From Nemertoderma westbladi (lineage: Eukaryota; Animalia; Xenacoelomorpha): a stretch of DNA of 56,367 nt. The notes below the pieces were generated by a model, which was not told where the DNA came from, did no database searches, and worked only from the letters and a program-made list of their open reading frames with translations. The stretch covers positions 1 through 56,367 of the forward strand of contig JAUCBJ010001331.1 in the NCBI GenBank assembly GCA_032718475.1, in the 5' to 3' direction. Both the position numbers and the translations under genes were made by a program. This document shows, in pieces, positions 35,923 through 46,843 of this stretch. The first letter of the stretch is position 1. The number at the start of each line of letters is the position of its first letter.

Positions 35923-37135
35923 TGTTCGCGCTTTCAGACCTTTGGCAGTTTAACCCGCCAAATTAGGATGTCTGTTAGATAATAAATCACTTTAGCCTAT
36001 GACAAATATTTGATTCACTACACTAGTCGAAACCAATCTGTGCGCGATCATTCACCCGCTGGATATACCCGGGAGATTGGGTTCGACGGCTTAATCTTAT
36101 TGCTATGTAAGCTTAATGTATTATTCGACTGACAGTATTATATAATCTCTGACAATATTATTCACCTTCGGGGAATATTAACAGTTCCTTTAGGACGTGG
36201 CGCTCTATCTATATAAACAGAGTTATGACTTAAACTACTCACAACGATATGGCTTAGTTATAATTCACATATATGGCGCATTCTTTAGGAAATGCTTCGT
36301 TATCAGTCTCACTCATACACAATGCTGCACAATACTGCACACTGATCTGCCGATCTTCACTGATTTTAGTTACATATAAAAGGAACACGGACTGACTCAT
36401 GTAGGGTCTATCAAATAACATTAGATTCACTTCAAACCACTTTAACATAAGTCACAATCGTTATATATAACCTTCCTCTCTTACCTTCGGTATATCAAGA
36501 ATATTGGGTTTTCGGGGTTATTTATCGTTATTCCAAATATAATAATTCATCAACCAAATTATGAAGTACCGACAGTAAATAGCAGTATAACAATATAAGG
36601 TATGCACAATGTTACACAATATGCAGTGTCAGTGTGTTGAGACAATCAGGTTTGTTGTGATAACGGATATATGTCCTTATAATTAAGCCTACTAGTGTAC
36701 GGCTAAAACAGAAAAGCACAAAATACTTCCAAGCCGTTCTTTCCTTGGCTCAGGACTGAATGTAAACACTGCACATAGGCATTGCGTCATTTCTCGGAAA
36801 TTTTCTGTACAAGGAGCCACAAAAATGCTCTGATTGGCTGACTGAACTGAGAGACGCCGTAGAACAAAGGAAATCAACACCTATGAATGTCAGCTGTTAA
36901 CCGTAGTCATAGTAACTACTGTTCAAGAGTAGCTATCACCCTTTTGCGTCACGAATTGCCATAGAATCATCAAATATGCCTTTCACAGTACACATACGGA
37001 GGAAATAGGTCTTAGATCCTCTAAAAACACCGATACAGCAATAATACGGTCTCTTACACCTATTAAATCAACTACAGAGTATTTTAATGTAAAAGATAAT
37101 AAAAATAACGGGGCAATTCAGCAAAGGCTTTTACA
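35923..37135 (-). repeat. E2 5' LTR (1213 bp)
   Basis: TG...CA termini, repeat of 21695-22876, followed by TSD ATCTT. Confidence 0.97.
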
Positions 37136-37140
37136 ATCTT

Positions 37141-37650
37141 GTAAACTTGCCTGATATTGAAATTATTTGCTTCATACAGTATTATATTTTTGTTAGTGGT
37201 AGTTCAATTTTTTATTATGTGGGACGATCCACAAAGTCAGCCAGCCTCACGCCTTACAGTTTAGACAATTGTTTAGTTTAGGTCTACTTACTAGGCCTAC
37301 AGCTGACTGACATAATTCATTTGTAATAGTCTTGGCTAGGATTCTCCCCCCGGGCTCCTTCCAGCCAGCTTGCTGGCTTTCTAGTTGTAAATGATTTAAA
37401 TGTTGAATTGGTAATATTTTTAGTTTTTAATAAAGTGGAAATGATGAAGGGGGTCAATCTGAGAATGTGATGCAGCGTAATATTTTATTAATGTTGATAC
37501 GAATGTTGTTTATGAATGTGGTGGCAGCATTACCCCAGATAATAAGGTTATAATTATTGATGTATGGATTAATGATTGAGTAGTACATTAACGTTTTAAG
37601 TATTGATGTTGGAAACTTATACAACTTATTGCGAATATTTTCATTCATTA
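37141..37650 (-). pseudogene. Decayed CR1/L2-group LINE ORF2 C-terminal fragment
   Basis: ORF 37454-37648 (LKTLMYYSIINPYINNYNLIIWGNA...KILRCIT) resembles the LYYSLIxPYLxYCxxxWG motif found after RT in CR1/L2/Crack-type LINEs. Confidence 0.6.
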
Positions 37651-37963
37651 AAGTTGATTAATTAACAGCTCAACTACAATTAATTTATTTAAAATGTGAA
37701 CCTATAGCCAAACCCCCCTCCCCTCCCCACCCAACTTTTTGAAAAAAAATTTGTGGGTGCTTTGGTATAATTGTAATAATATAATAAACTTATTTAAAAT
37801 GAAATTAACACAATGCAATGAAATATTTACTTAGTTATAGAACGTAGTTATTAGGTACTGTTAGCAGTTAAATAATGTTTGAGAGTTACAATTAACCGTA
37901 TTAGTTTTCCACCCCAGATCCCGTCTCCGAATCCAAGTCCTCGCCAAGAGCGCCGACCCCGCG

Positions 37964-38138
37964 TATAAGATATGTGTGAGATAGATGGATGGATTATTAT
38001 AGGCTGCTGACTGCTGAGTGTAACTGTGGTGGTGGTTGGTATTCTGGTCATTGCAGTATTGTGCGGTTTGTAGTCTGACAGTGCTAGATGATTATAGGAT
38101 TAATACATTTTGAATAACTGACACATTTATATCTTATA
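37964..38138 (+). repeat. Gypsy-like 5' LTR (TA...TA termini)
   Basis: TATAAGATAT...ATATCTTATA 10-bp terminal inverted repeat; identical to 42179-42353. Confidence 0.95.
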
Positions 38139-38150
38139 AGCTAACCGGGC
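38139..38150 (+). promoter_or_regulatory. Putative PBS AGCTAACCGGGC, complementary to a tRNA 5' end
   Basis: Abuts the LTR; reverse complement GCCCGGTTAGCT resembles nt 1-12 of eukaryotic tRNA-Lys (GCCCGGNTAGCT). Confidence 0.6.
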
Positions 38151-38161
38151 TTGCAGCAGTG

Positions 38162-39037
38162 ATGGCTCCAAAACTTTCGGATTATGTTAAAAAGTACAAT
38201 GGTACGGGTGATCCATCTGCTTGGCTAATGAGGTTCGATGACACTTACGACGTGATGAAAGCGGAGGCCGGATTGAAAGAGGAATCGCGGGCAACCTATT
38301 TGCGACTGTCAATGGAGGGCGCAGCGTACAACGTAATTAGTCAGCTATCGGATGCAGAAAAGGCGGACTATGATATTCTGAAACGATCATTGATAACAGC
38401 GTTCGCAATCAACGAATATACGGCGTTCGAGCAATACAAACAGTGTCGACTGAAGGAAAAGGAATCGCCAGATACGTTTCTGGCAGAACTGAAGAGGTTA
38501 TTAGGGTTGGTCACTGGGGGCGATGTTCAATCTAGGTGCGCGCAGCAGATCTTGGCGGTTCAATTCGTGAGTGGACTACCGGATGAAATACAAAACGAGA
38601 CGAAGGCGTTAGCAGGTGAGACGGATTTAAGTAAACTGTTAGCACAGGCAAGGCGGTTATTGTCTGAGTCGGAGCGAAGCGAAGCTCAGCTGGTAGGGGC
38701 GGCGGCGAGATACGGGGATAGGCAGGGAAACAAGGGATATTATCGTCCAACTGCGGATTCGAATCGAGATTATAAAGGGAACTGGCGACGGGACAGTGGT
38801 ATGGAGTCACGGGGAGGAGATCAGGGTAGAGGGTCAGGATGTTTCCGTTGCGGTAAACCCGGCCACTTTGCGCGTGAGTGCTACAGCGACGTAGGAAATT
38901 TAGGGAATAGAAACCAGAGCGGAACTGCGACAGGGACTGTTAAACCGAACACGGGTTGTTTTAGATGCGGGGGTGCTGACCATTTAGCGAGAGGGTGCGT
39001 GGCATTCATCCCGACGACGAAGCCGGGAAACGAATAG
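38162..39037 (+). CDS. gag: Gag with two CCHC zinc knuckles
   Basis: KYNGTGDPSAWLMRF capsid-like start; CFRCGKPGHFAREC and CFRCGGADHLARGC; ATG at 38162. Confidence 0.93.
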   Translation: MAPKLSDYVKKYNGTGDPSAWLMRFDDTYDVMKAEAGLKEESRATYLRLSMEGAAYNVISQLSDAEKADYDILKRSLITAFAINEYTAFEQYKQCRLKEKESPDTFLAELKRLLGLVTGGDVQSRCAQQILAVQFVSGLPDEIQNETKALAGETDLSKLLAQARRLLSESERSEAQLVGAAARYGDRQGNKGYYRPTADSNRDYKGNWRRDSGMESRGGDQGRGSGCFRCGKPGHFARECYSDVGNLGNRNQSGTATGTVKPNTGCFRCGGADHLARGCVAFIPTTKPGNE

Positions 39038-42000
39038 GGGGAGGCGTCGTGTGTGCCAGCGGTCGTCTCCCCGGAGGACAAGTCGGTGATCTTCCGACGA
39101 AAAATGTGAATTGTGGAGGGAAATTTGTGGAAGCATTGGTCGATTCTGGGTGTAGCAGGAGTATATTATCGCGGAAGTTCGCAGCGAGAATTAATGGAAC
39201 ATTTGAGGAACCAGGTAATAAATCAAACATAACTATGTTAGACGGGTCTACAGCTACGCAGTTGGTAGGAAAAGTTAGTACTGTGTTACAGATTGACAGG
39301 ATGCCGGAGTTTGTTTGGGAATTCTTGGTTGTTGATCATATAGTAGGAGAATTAAATATGATATATGGGTGGGACTTAATAAAGAAAAGCAACGGCATTT
39401 CATTTATAGGAACAGACGACGGTAAAATGGAAGTAAGTGTCGGGTCAGGGGGACAATGGTCAGTATCAGCAGTAGCCAAAACGACTACAGAACCAATCCT
39501 AAGAATAGATAAAGACGATTTTTGTGCAGTTTTCGATGGTACTAATTGGCAAGTGGAGTACAAATTCGAAGCTGGCTCTCCACCAGGTAGACTAAACAAT
39601 ACAGTACGGGAATATCATATTCCAACAGAACTACGTAGCAAGTATGAGAAAGGAGTAGGAGAGTGGATAGAGAAGGGATGGTTGCAAGAATTTGAGGGTG
39701 ATTATATGGCACTGATACCTCTGATGTATAAAAATGAACCCCGCAAAGATCGAGTGCGCCCCATTATGGATTTTAGAGAATTAAACGAATACTTAATAAA
39801 GCAACCAGGGGTGGAGGCAGCAGCAAGTAACGAAAAGTTAAGGCACTGGATAAGAATGGGCGAGAATACAGCAATAATCGACTTAAAGTGGGCGTACATG
39901 CAGATAAGAATAGCACCGGCACTACAGGCATACCAAACAGTCAGTTACAAAGGAAAAAGGTACTGCATGACTAGACTTGGGTTTGGGTTGGGCCCGGCAC
40001 CCAAAATATTGGATACTATTGTAGAAAAAGTACTGGGACAGAATGATCGAATTAAGGAATCGACAGACAGTTTTAGGGATGACATATATGCAGATTTACA
40101 AACAGGTGTAACAGCAGATGACGTAAGGCAACATCTTAAAAAGTTCGGACTCGAAACCAAGGAAGCAATAGAAATTAAAGGTGGGGCCACAGTCCTCGGA
40201 GTCGCTGTGGAAGGGGGGAAGTGGAAACGAGATAGTGACATTCCAGACCCAGAAAAGATCGAGAACCCATTAACTCATAGAAAACTGCTATCAGTGGTAG
40301 GACAATTACGAGGAAACTATTTGATCGAGGGATGGTTGCGAGTGTCATTGAGTTGGCTGCAACGCCAGGCAGCAAATGTTCCAATGGATTCAGTAATAGA
40401 CAAGGGAACTAGAGATAAATTAGTTGAGGTGTTTAACCGAGTGCAACGAGCAGATCCAGTGGGTGGTTCGTGGCCTATAAGTGATACGAAACGTGGCGAA
40501 GTTTGGGCTGACGCCAGTAACTTGGCCATTGGGGCGATGGTGAGAATCGGGGGACAGACAGCTGAGGATGGATCATGGTTACGTAAAAACGATGACCCAG
40601 AACACATAAACTCAGCCGAGCTTAGCGCATTAATTGAAGGGGTAAATATGGCAATACAGTGGGAATTAACAGAAATACAATTATATACTGACTCGGCACC
40701 GGTATATGGATGGGTAAATGCAATGCTGAAAGATGAACACCGCATTCGCACTAAGGGAATGTCTAAAATGTTAATAAGACGAAGATTGGAACTTCTCAAG
40801 AAAACTGTGGACGAATTTCAGTTAAAAACAACTTTGCATCTAGTTCCATCAGAGCAGAATCGAGCTGACTGTTTAACTCGTATACCAAAAAAATGGCTAA
40901 AAAAAACCAGAAGTCGAAGTAGCTGCAGTAACTGTTACAGAGACCAATGGAACCGCAGATTATGCGGACATTGAGGAAAGAGTGAAGGAATTACACGAAG
41001 TGGTACATGTGGGATCTGATAGACTAAAGAATCTATGTAAAGCAGACAGGAATCTAGGCAGTGTAACAGACCATTGTAAAGAAGCAATTAAAGAGGTTTG
41101 TAGAAAGTGTGAAGAATGTAAGAGCATCGACCCTGTACCAGTGAAACTGAAACCAGGCAGCTGTAAAACTGATAGGAGTTGGCAAAGATTATCTACTGAT
41201 TTTTCTGAGTATGGGACTCACAGTTATCTAACAGTTATGGATTGTAGCTCTAATTTTACTATTTGGAATCAAGTGCCTAATAAAACAAGCGCACAGGCCG
41301 TTAAAATTCTACAGCGAATATTTATAGAGTGGGGACCCCCTGAAGAAATTATACCCGATAATGGTCCTGCGTTCCGCAGCAATGAGTTTAAAAGTTTCTT
41401 AAATAAATGGGAGGTGAAACTGAAGCCTTCGTGCGCATACAGACCTAGGGGAAATCCCGTCGAAAGAATGCATCGAACTATAAAAGCGTGGGCGTCGAGA
41501 TCTAAGAAAGATCCAGTTCAAGTTACATTCTGGTACAACAGAACATCAGTAAAAGATAACCAGACACCAATTCAGAAAGTCATGGGTGAACGAGTGGAAA
41601 AGTTGCCTGGCATAACAAAGCTGATAGAAGACAGAGAGGTAATAGACAACCCATATAAAGTTGGAGATTTGATTTACGTCAAGCCTGAACAGAAGTGGCG
41701 TTGCTACAAAAGGTGGAAAGGACCAATGGAAGTAGAGGAAATTCCAGATGAATGGTCGGTTGTAGTAAAGGGTATCAGACATCATCTACAGGATGTTAGA
41801 AAGATTCACGTCGGTAACCAACTGGACGTGACATACAATGGGAACATTGACAGGAATATTGACATTGAAGATGAGATGGACACGGACAGTTCAGATGATG
41901 AAACTGTAAATGATGATGACACTACAGTGAATTACAATGAGGATGATGACAACGACAATATAGATGATGGAAGTAATGCAAATGATATTGAGGTCGTTCC

Positions 42001-42064
42001 GGAGTTAGGATATGTAACTCGAGCAGGGAGAAATTCGAAACCACCGGAGAGATATGGGATTTAG
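38995..42064 (+). CDS. pol: Pol (protease, RT, RNase H, integrase) with one frameshift in an A8 run at 40899-40906
   Basis: ALVDSGC; IIDLKWAYMQI, RLGFGL, FRDD; WADAS, HINSAEL, YTDS, NRADCLTR; HEVVH..CEEC, STDF, PDNGPAF, VERMHRTIK. Removing one A joins ORFs 38995-40974 and 40982-42064. Confidence 0.9.
39025..39072 (+). promoter_or_regulatory. Putative -1 ribosomal frameshift signal
   Basis: G GGA AAC slippery heptamer in gag frame (39025-39031), 6-nt spacer, stem GGGGAGGCG (39038-39046) / CGTCTCCCC (39064-39072); pol is in the -1 frame. Confidence 0.8.
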
Positions 42065-42125
42065 ATTAGCTAAATATCGATTGGAGCTATTTACTTGAAC
42101 ATGGTGTTAAATATACGTTTACTAT

Positions 42126-42178
42126 AAACTGGGGGGAATATGAGAACACAGATAGTTTATTTTACAAACTGGGGGGAA
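42126..42178 (+). promoter_or_regulatory. Duplicated polypurine tract (AAACTGGGGGGAA x2)
   Basis: Copies at 42126-42138 and 42166-42178; the second abuts the 3' LTR. Confidence 0.8.
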
Positions 42179-42353
42179 TATAAGATATGTGTGAGATAGA
42201 TGGATGGATTATTATAGGCTGCTGACTGCTGAGTGTAACTGTGGTGGTGGTTGGTATTCTGGTCATTGCAGTATTGTGCGGTTTGTAGTCTGACAGTGCT
42301 AGATGATTATAGGATTAATACATTTTGAATAACTGACACATTTATATCTTATA
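42179..42353 (+). repeat. Gypsy-like 3' LTR
   Basis: Identical to 37964-38138; followed by TSD CCGCG. Confidence 0.95.
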
Positions 42354-44192
42354 CCGCGGAGGCAGAGCGAACATGACCGGAGTAGTGCAAACTGCAGTCT
42401 CCGTCGGAAAGCAACCAAGACACAGGCATAGTCGCGATTTCGCATAGACTCCCGCCTTGCCTCCAGTACTTAATGCGAGGTGCGTGATGAGGATTTTGGC
42501 CTCGGCACACCAGATACCATCTGTGGTTCCCAGCAGCAGCGGTGTGAAGGCCCTTCGTCGATCTTCACAAACTGACTGGTAATGTGCCTTCTTCTGGCGC
42601 ACGCGCTGTTCGAGGAGGGATTCTGTCGACCAGTTGGCTTGTATGTACAGTACAAGGTAGCGTCAGGGTTAATAACCGCAATGTCGAACGCTGCTGATTG
42701 GACCAACCCCCCCCCCCCCCCCCCCCTCCAGCCGACCAAACGGCGGGACCAGGTCTGCGTGGACCCCACCCACCGCTCGACCCTCCACGTCCACGAGAGA
42801 GAGTAACCTCACGCTCCACACTGGATGCACCAAATGCTGTTAATAAAACTTAATACTATTTATAACAAACCTAAAATTAGCAGAAATTTGCAGCGCCATC
42901 TAGCGGTCCAGAATGATTTTCACAACATGTCGTCTGATAGATTGGTTGCCCCATCGTTTTTCTATCATATTAAAAAGTTTTCATGTGATTAGATGCAAAT
43001 ATGTAAAAGCCTTAGGGTTTTAAGAACAACCAAGTGTTTTTCATTGTTAACTAGTATTAACTAATATTAAATAGCGAAAAAATAATACTTTTTATCATTT
43101 ATCATGTAGAATAGCATCTTAGGTACCTATATTCCAAATTATAGCCAAAACCAAACAATTTTGAAACGCTGAGAGTGATAAATCGAAGATTTGTCCGAAA
43201 ATGGTGTACCACCTCCTAACCTCTAATAACATTAACGGGATATTAAGAGTGCTGCATTTTGAATATATTCTATACAATATTCCATTATGAGGCGCCGTTG
43301 AGGCCAAAAAATACATTGAGATTACAAAAAAAATATTGGGAACACAAAAAAATATTGGGATTACAAAAAAAGATGTATATATATATATATATATAATTAT
43401 ATCGCCCGAAATTAGCCATTTACGGCCGAAAAACGCTTTTTGCTTTTTGACACCGATTCAGTACCCCTACCACCAGTACACGTCCGTGGGGCCTTCGCGC
43501 AGCACGAGACTCAGTTATGAGATACAAATTAAAATTGAGCCATTCTAACACAAAATCTGTATTTAAGAAATTAACCAAACCGCAAATAAATCATAAGAGG
43601 GGAAAGTTGCTCGCTTTCAACCCCCTCCCCCCTTAATATGCACCCCAACCCAAAGGCACACAGAGGATTGTTCACAGGCAGGTATTAACAGAAAAATGGT
43701 GTTTTTAAAGTAATATATTTTAGGCGAGGAGGCGACCCAATTTATAAGAAATATTATAACTTACCTTATGACGTTCAAGTATTGATACTGAAATATTAAT
43801 TTACCATGTCGATCGATGTCACAACAAAATTATTTAGCAATATTTATTCTAAAGAATCTCCATTAAATACTCAGCCAATCATTTTGCGAGATAAACAATA
43901 AGCAAAGCTGTCTTATTACTCTAGGGCCTAACACTATTGCATATCCCATATAATTACACCTTGCTGGAATAGTAGTGGTGAGGTGGAACTGGTCGGATGT
44001 ATTCCTAGCCCGGCAAACACACCGGACGTGTTCTAGCACATATCTGATGTTTCAGCTAAATCATTGATTGCACTTTGAGATATTTTGCCCTCTAGCGGCA
44101 GACTAGAGAACTGCAGACAGATGAGCCTCCTTTGAATGACACAGTTAATGGTCTAGTACAAATATGCCAAGTTTCAGCTAGAACGTGTTTAA

Positions 44193-45745
44193 CCCTATTA
44201 AACCCGGGGGGGGGTCAATATGACCCCTCCCGTGGTTTTTTTATTATAAATCTGAAACAAACGCAGTTGGGAATCTGAAATTTTATGACTTTTCCTAAAA
44301 ATCTATTGTCTTCCTAGTAGTGAAAACCGTTTTCAAAAATATTGGGTACTTTTCGAGTTATAGCACCATTTTTTAACCCTACTTTTGGCACTTTTTTTGA
44401 GACGTTTTTTGAAAATTACATTTCATTAAATATGAATTGTAACATCTCTATTTATTATTTACACCGGTTTTTTGGTGTTAGAAATTTGATGGAATTCATA
44501 TAAATTGATTTAGAAATTTCAGACTTGTTTTTTTCGGTGGGTGCCAAATTTTGGTGCCAGCACCAAATTTTGAAATAAGTCAATTTTGTAAATTGATCGT
44601 TTGAAACTTGTTTTTTACGCAATTGGGGTTTTTTGGGTTTCTAGATTCGATGAAATATATACGAGTTGCACCAAGCGTATCAAACTTGTATTTTTCGGTG
44701 CTGTGTGCAAATTTTGGTGCAAGCACGAAATTTTGAAAATCCATTCAATAGATAAAAATTGCTTGTGACAACATATTTCTTGGGTTTTAGAGGTTTATGG
44801 CTGTTCTGAATTCAATGGAAAATATAATTATCGAACTAGACATCTCAAACTTGTATTTTTCGGATGTGGGTGCAAAATGTGGTGCTAGCACCAAATTTTG
44901 AAAACCATCAAATATATCAATTGATTGTGTCACCTTGTTTCTTGCGTTATACGGGTTTGTGATGGTTCTGAATACAATGGTATCAGTAAAAATTTCATAA
45001 GAGTTCTCAAACTTGTATTTTTCGCCGGTGGGTGAAAATTGTTGTGCCAGCACCAAATTTTGGAAAATATGCAAATTGATAAGTAGATAGTATCACCTTG
45101 TTTCTTGCGTTATACGGGTTTATGAGGGTCCTGAATCCGATGGAATCAATAAAAACAGCATTGGACATCGCAAACTTGTACTTTTTGGTGATGGGTACGA
45201 AATTTGGTGCTAGCACCAAAATTTGCCAAACTACGCCGAAAAATACAAGTAGCAATGATCTGGCATATTAGAAATGTATTCCATTAGAATCAGCGCCCTC
45301 GAAAACCTGAAAATGTGAATTTATAGCATCGTATAAGTGTTTTAAAAATTTTGTGTTCTAATTGAAAAGTGCTGGTTACTTGTTTTTTTCATTTTTTTCC
45401 TACGCAGAGAGGACTAAACAGCCATTTATAGTAATCATATCATTTTTTAATATTTTCCAATGTATTTTGCACCCCAGAAAACCTGTATTGAAAAATAATT
45501 AGCCGAAAATGTAACTTTCAAATTTGGTGAAAATTGTGCACTACTTGTAATTTTGGTGCTGCAATATAACCACCCCAGTACATTTTTTTCGAAATTTTTT
45601 TTTTCGGTCGGATCCAGACAAGTGATACCTACGTACAAACAAAAAATCAGACGTTTTCGTAAATATTTGTAGATTTTAGAGGGGGGGGTCAATATGACCC
45701 CCTCCCGGTATTTGTACAACATTTTATAGCCCGGTACTAATAGGG
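44193..45745. mobile_element. Complete piggyBac-like MITE B (1553 bp)
   Basis: TTAA at 44189-44192 and 45746-45749; TIR CCCTATTA...TAATAGGG; subterminal GGGGTCAATATGACCCC palindromes near both ends; internal repeats of about 162 bp. Confidence 0.88.
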
Positions 45746-46605
45746 TTAAAGCAAATAAAATGTGAGGATATTTAATATCTAGACATGTAGCCCTCTAGCG
45801 AGAGACTGAGGATTTGATGGTGTCTGGAAGTCCATAAAAACCAAAACTTATGGTCTTATTGATGCGTACTAATTTTAGACTCGAAAGCTTTAAATCCGAC
45901 GAAGTTATAAGTAAGTCAAAATCGTAGCGACGATGATGACATACAGTACCATTATTGAATGAACTATTTGCCATAATTGACCTACCCCCCTAAGAGATAG
46001 TTCGCAAAGGCTCCGCCAACTTCATGGCTCGGATCATATACCCATACCCCATGCTATAAAATATATTCGATCGATATACAATTATATATTAATCCGCTAG
46101 GTGGTGTCAAATTATTATTCTTCATATGGGTAGTCAACTGCTATTGCACTTGAATTTGAATTTGTGTGTTATTGATGTAATTTTAGCCTAATTTATCGTT
46201 CCTTCTGTAGAAGTGCCATCCTTTTGGTTTAATTAATAAATATTATAAATTATTATTCTGCAATTTCGTACTTGTACAGTACAGCAGTACCGTACCGGCA
46301 GGCCTATGTCATTACTTCGGAGTCTCTAGCCGATCCCCAATTAAATGTCTTAACTTTTCAATTTCGTAGAAGATAGACTTTATGATTCTCTACAAGCAAC
46401 CAACATTTCAGCTCTGGAAAATGAGGCGTTCCCTAGAAATTTTACATTTTTTAAAAACCACATAATCTGCCGTAGCTGACGTCAGACTGCATGATTTTTC
46501 ACCAAACTTTACAAATTTTCTAACCTTTCCCTCTACTACTCACCTACTAAGTTTGGTTCAATTTCGAATCAGCGATGCCGAGAAATTCGCGTTCAAAGAT
46601 TTACC

Positions 46606-46649
46606 AGACAGACGGACGGACAGACAGACAGATAGACAGACAGACGGAC
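46606..46649. repeat. (GACR)n microsatellite, possibly within a non-autonomous Helentron/DINE-like remnant
   Basis: CAGACAGACGGACGGACAGACAGACAGATAGACAGACAGACGGACA; parent element boundaries not resolved. Confidence 0.6.
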
Positions 46650-46843
46650 ATGCCCCATTTGCCCTATATGAACCGTATGCCAAGGCTCGCCGTCTACGTG
46701 TATCGCCCCACATATTTATAAGCAGACAAGAAAGAAGTCACACTAATATGCCCTAATCCCAATCCACACCCAGTCTCTACTATTATGATAAGGCTTATTA
46801 TACGAAAATTATCTATTACCACTATTTCTGCTGTAAAAAGTAC

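Larger units (their letters stand above)
21695..37135 (-). mobile_element. BEL/Pao LTR retrotransposon copy E2 (young, intact gag-pol, internal 3' deletion)
   Basis: TSD ATCTT (21690-21694 and 37136-37140); LTRs nearly identical (one difference noticed); single 2698-aa ORF. Confidence 0.98.
37964..42353 (+). mobile_element. Ty3/Gypsy-like LTR retrotransposon, very recent insertion
   Basis: Identical 175-bp LTRs, TSD CCGCG (37959-37963 and 42354-42358), domain order Gag-PR-RT-RH-INT. Confidence 0.95.
37910..42830 (-). pseudogene. Decayed 3' fragment of an RLE-type (CRE-like) non-LTR retrotransposon, split by the Gypsy-like insertion (own sequence about 42830-42354 and 37958-37910)
   Basis: Minus-strand pieces AAFDIAVINPDA, KKAHYQSVCEDRRRAFTPLL..TDG..AEA and RLQFALLRSCSLCLRG|S resemble the C-terminal restriction-like endonuclease region of CRE-type elements; the reading continues across the CCGCG TSD. 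Confidence 0.6.

Noticed and set aside
42840-46800. Possible Helentron/DINE-like element(s) around MITE B (GCCCTCTAGCGG-like motifs, GACA microsatellite)
   Set aside because: Could not define termini, subterminal inverted repeats or target site, so not called as an element.
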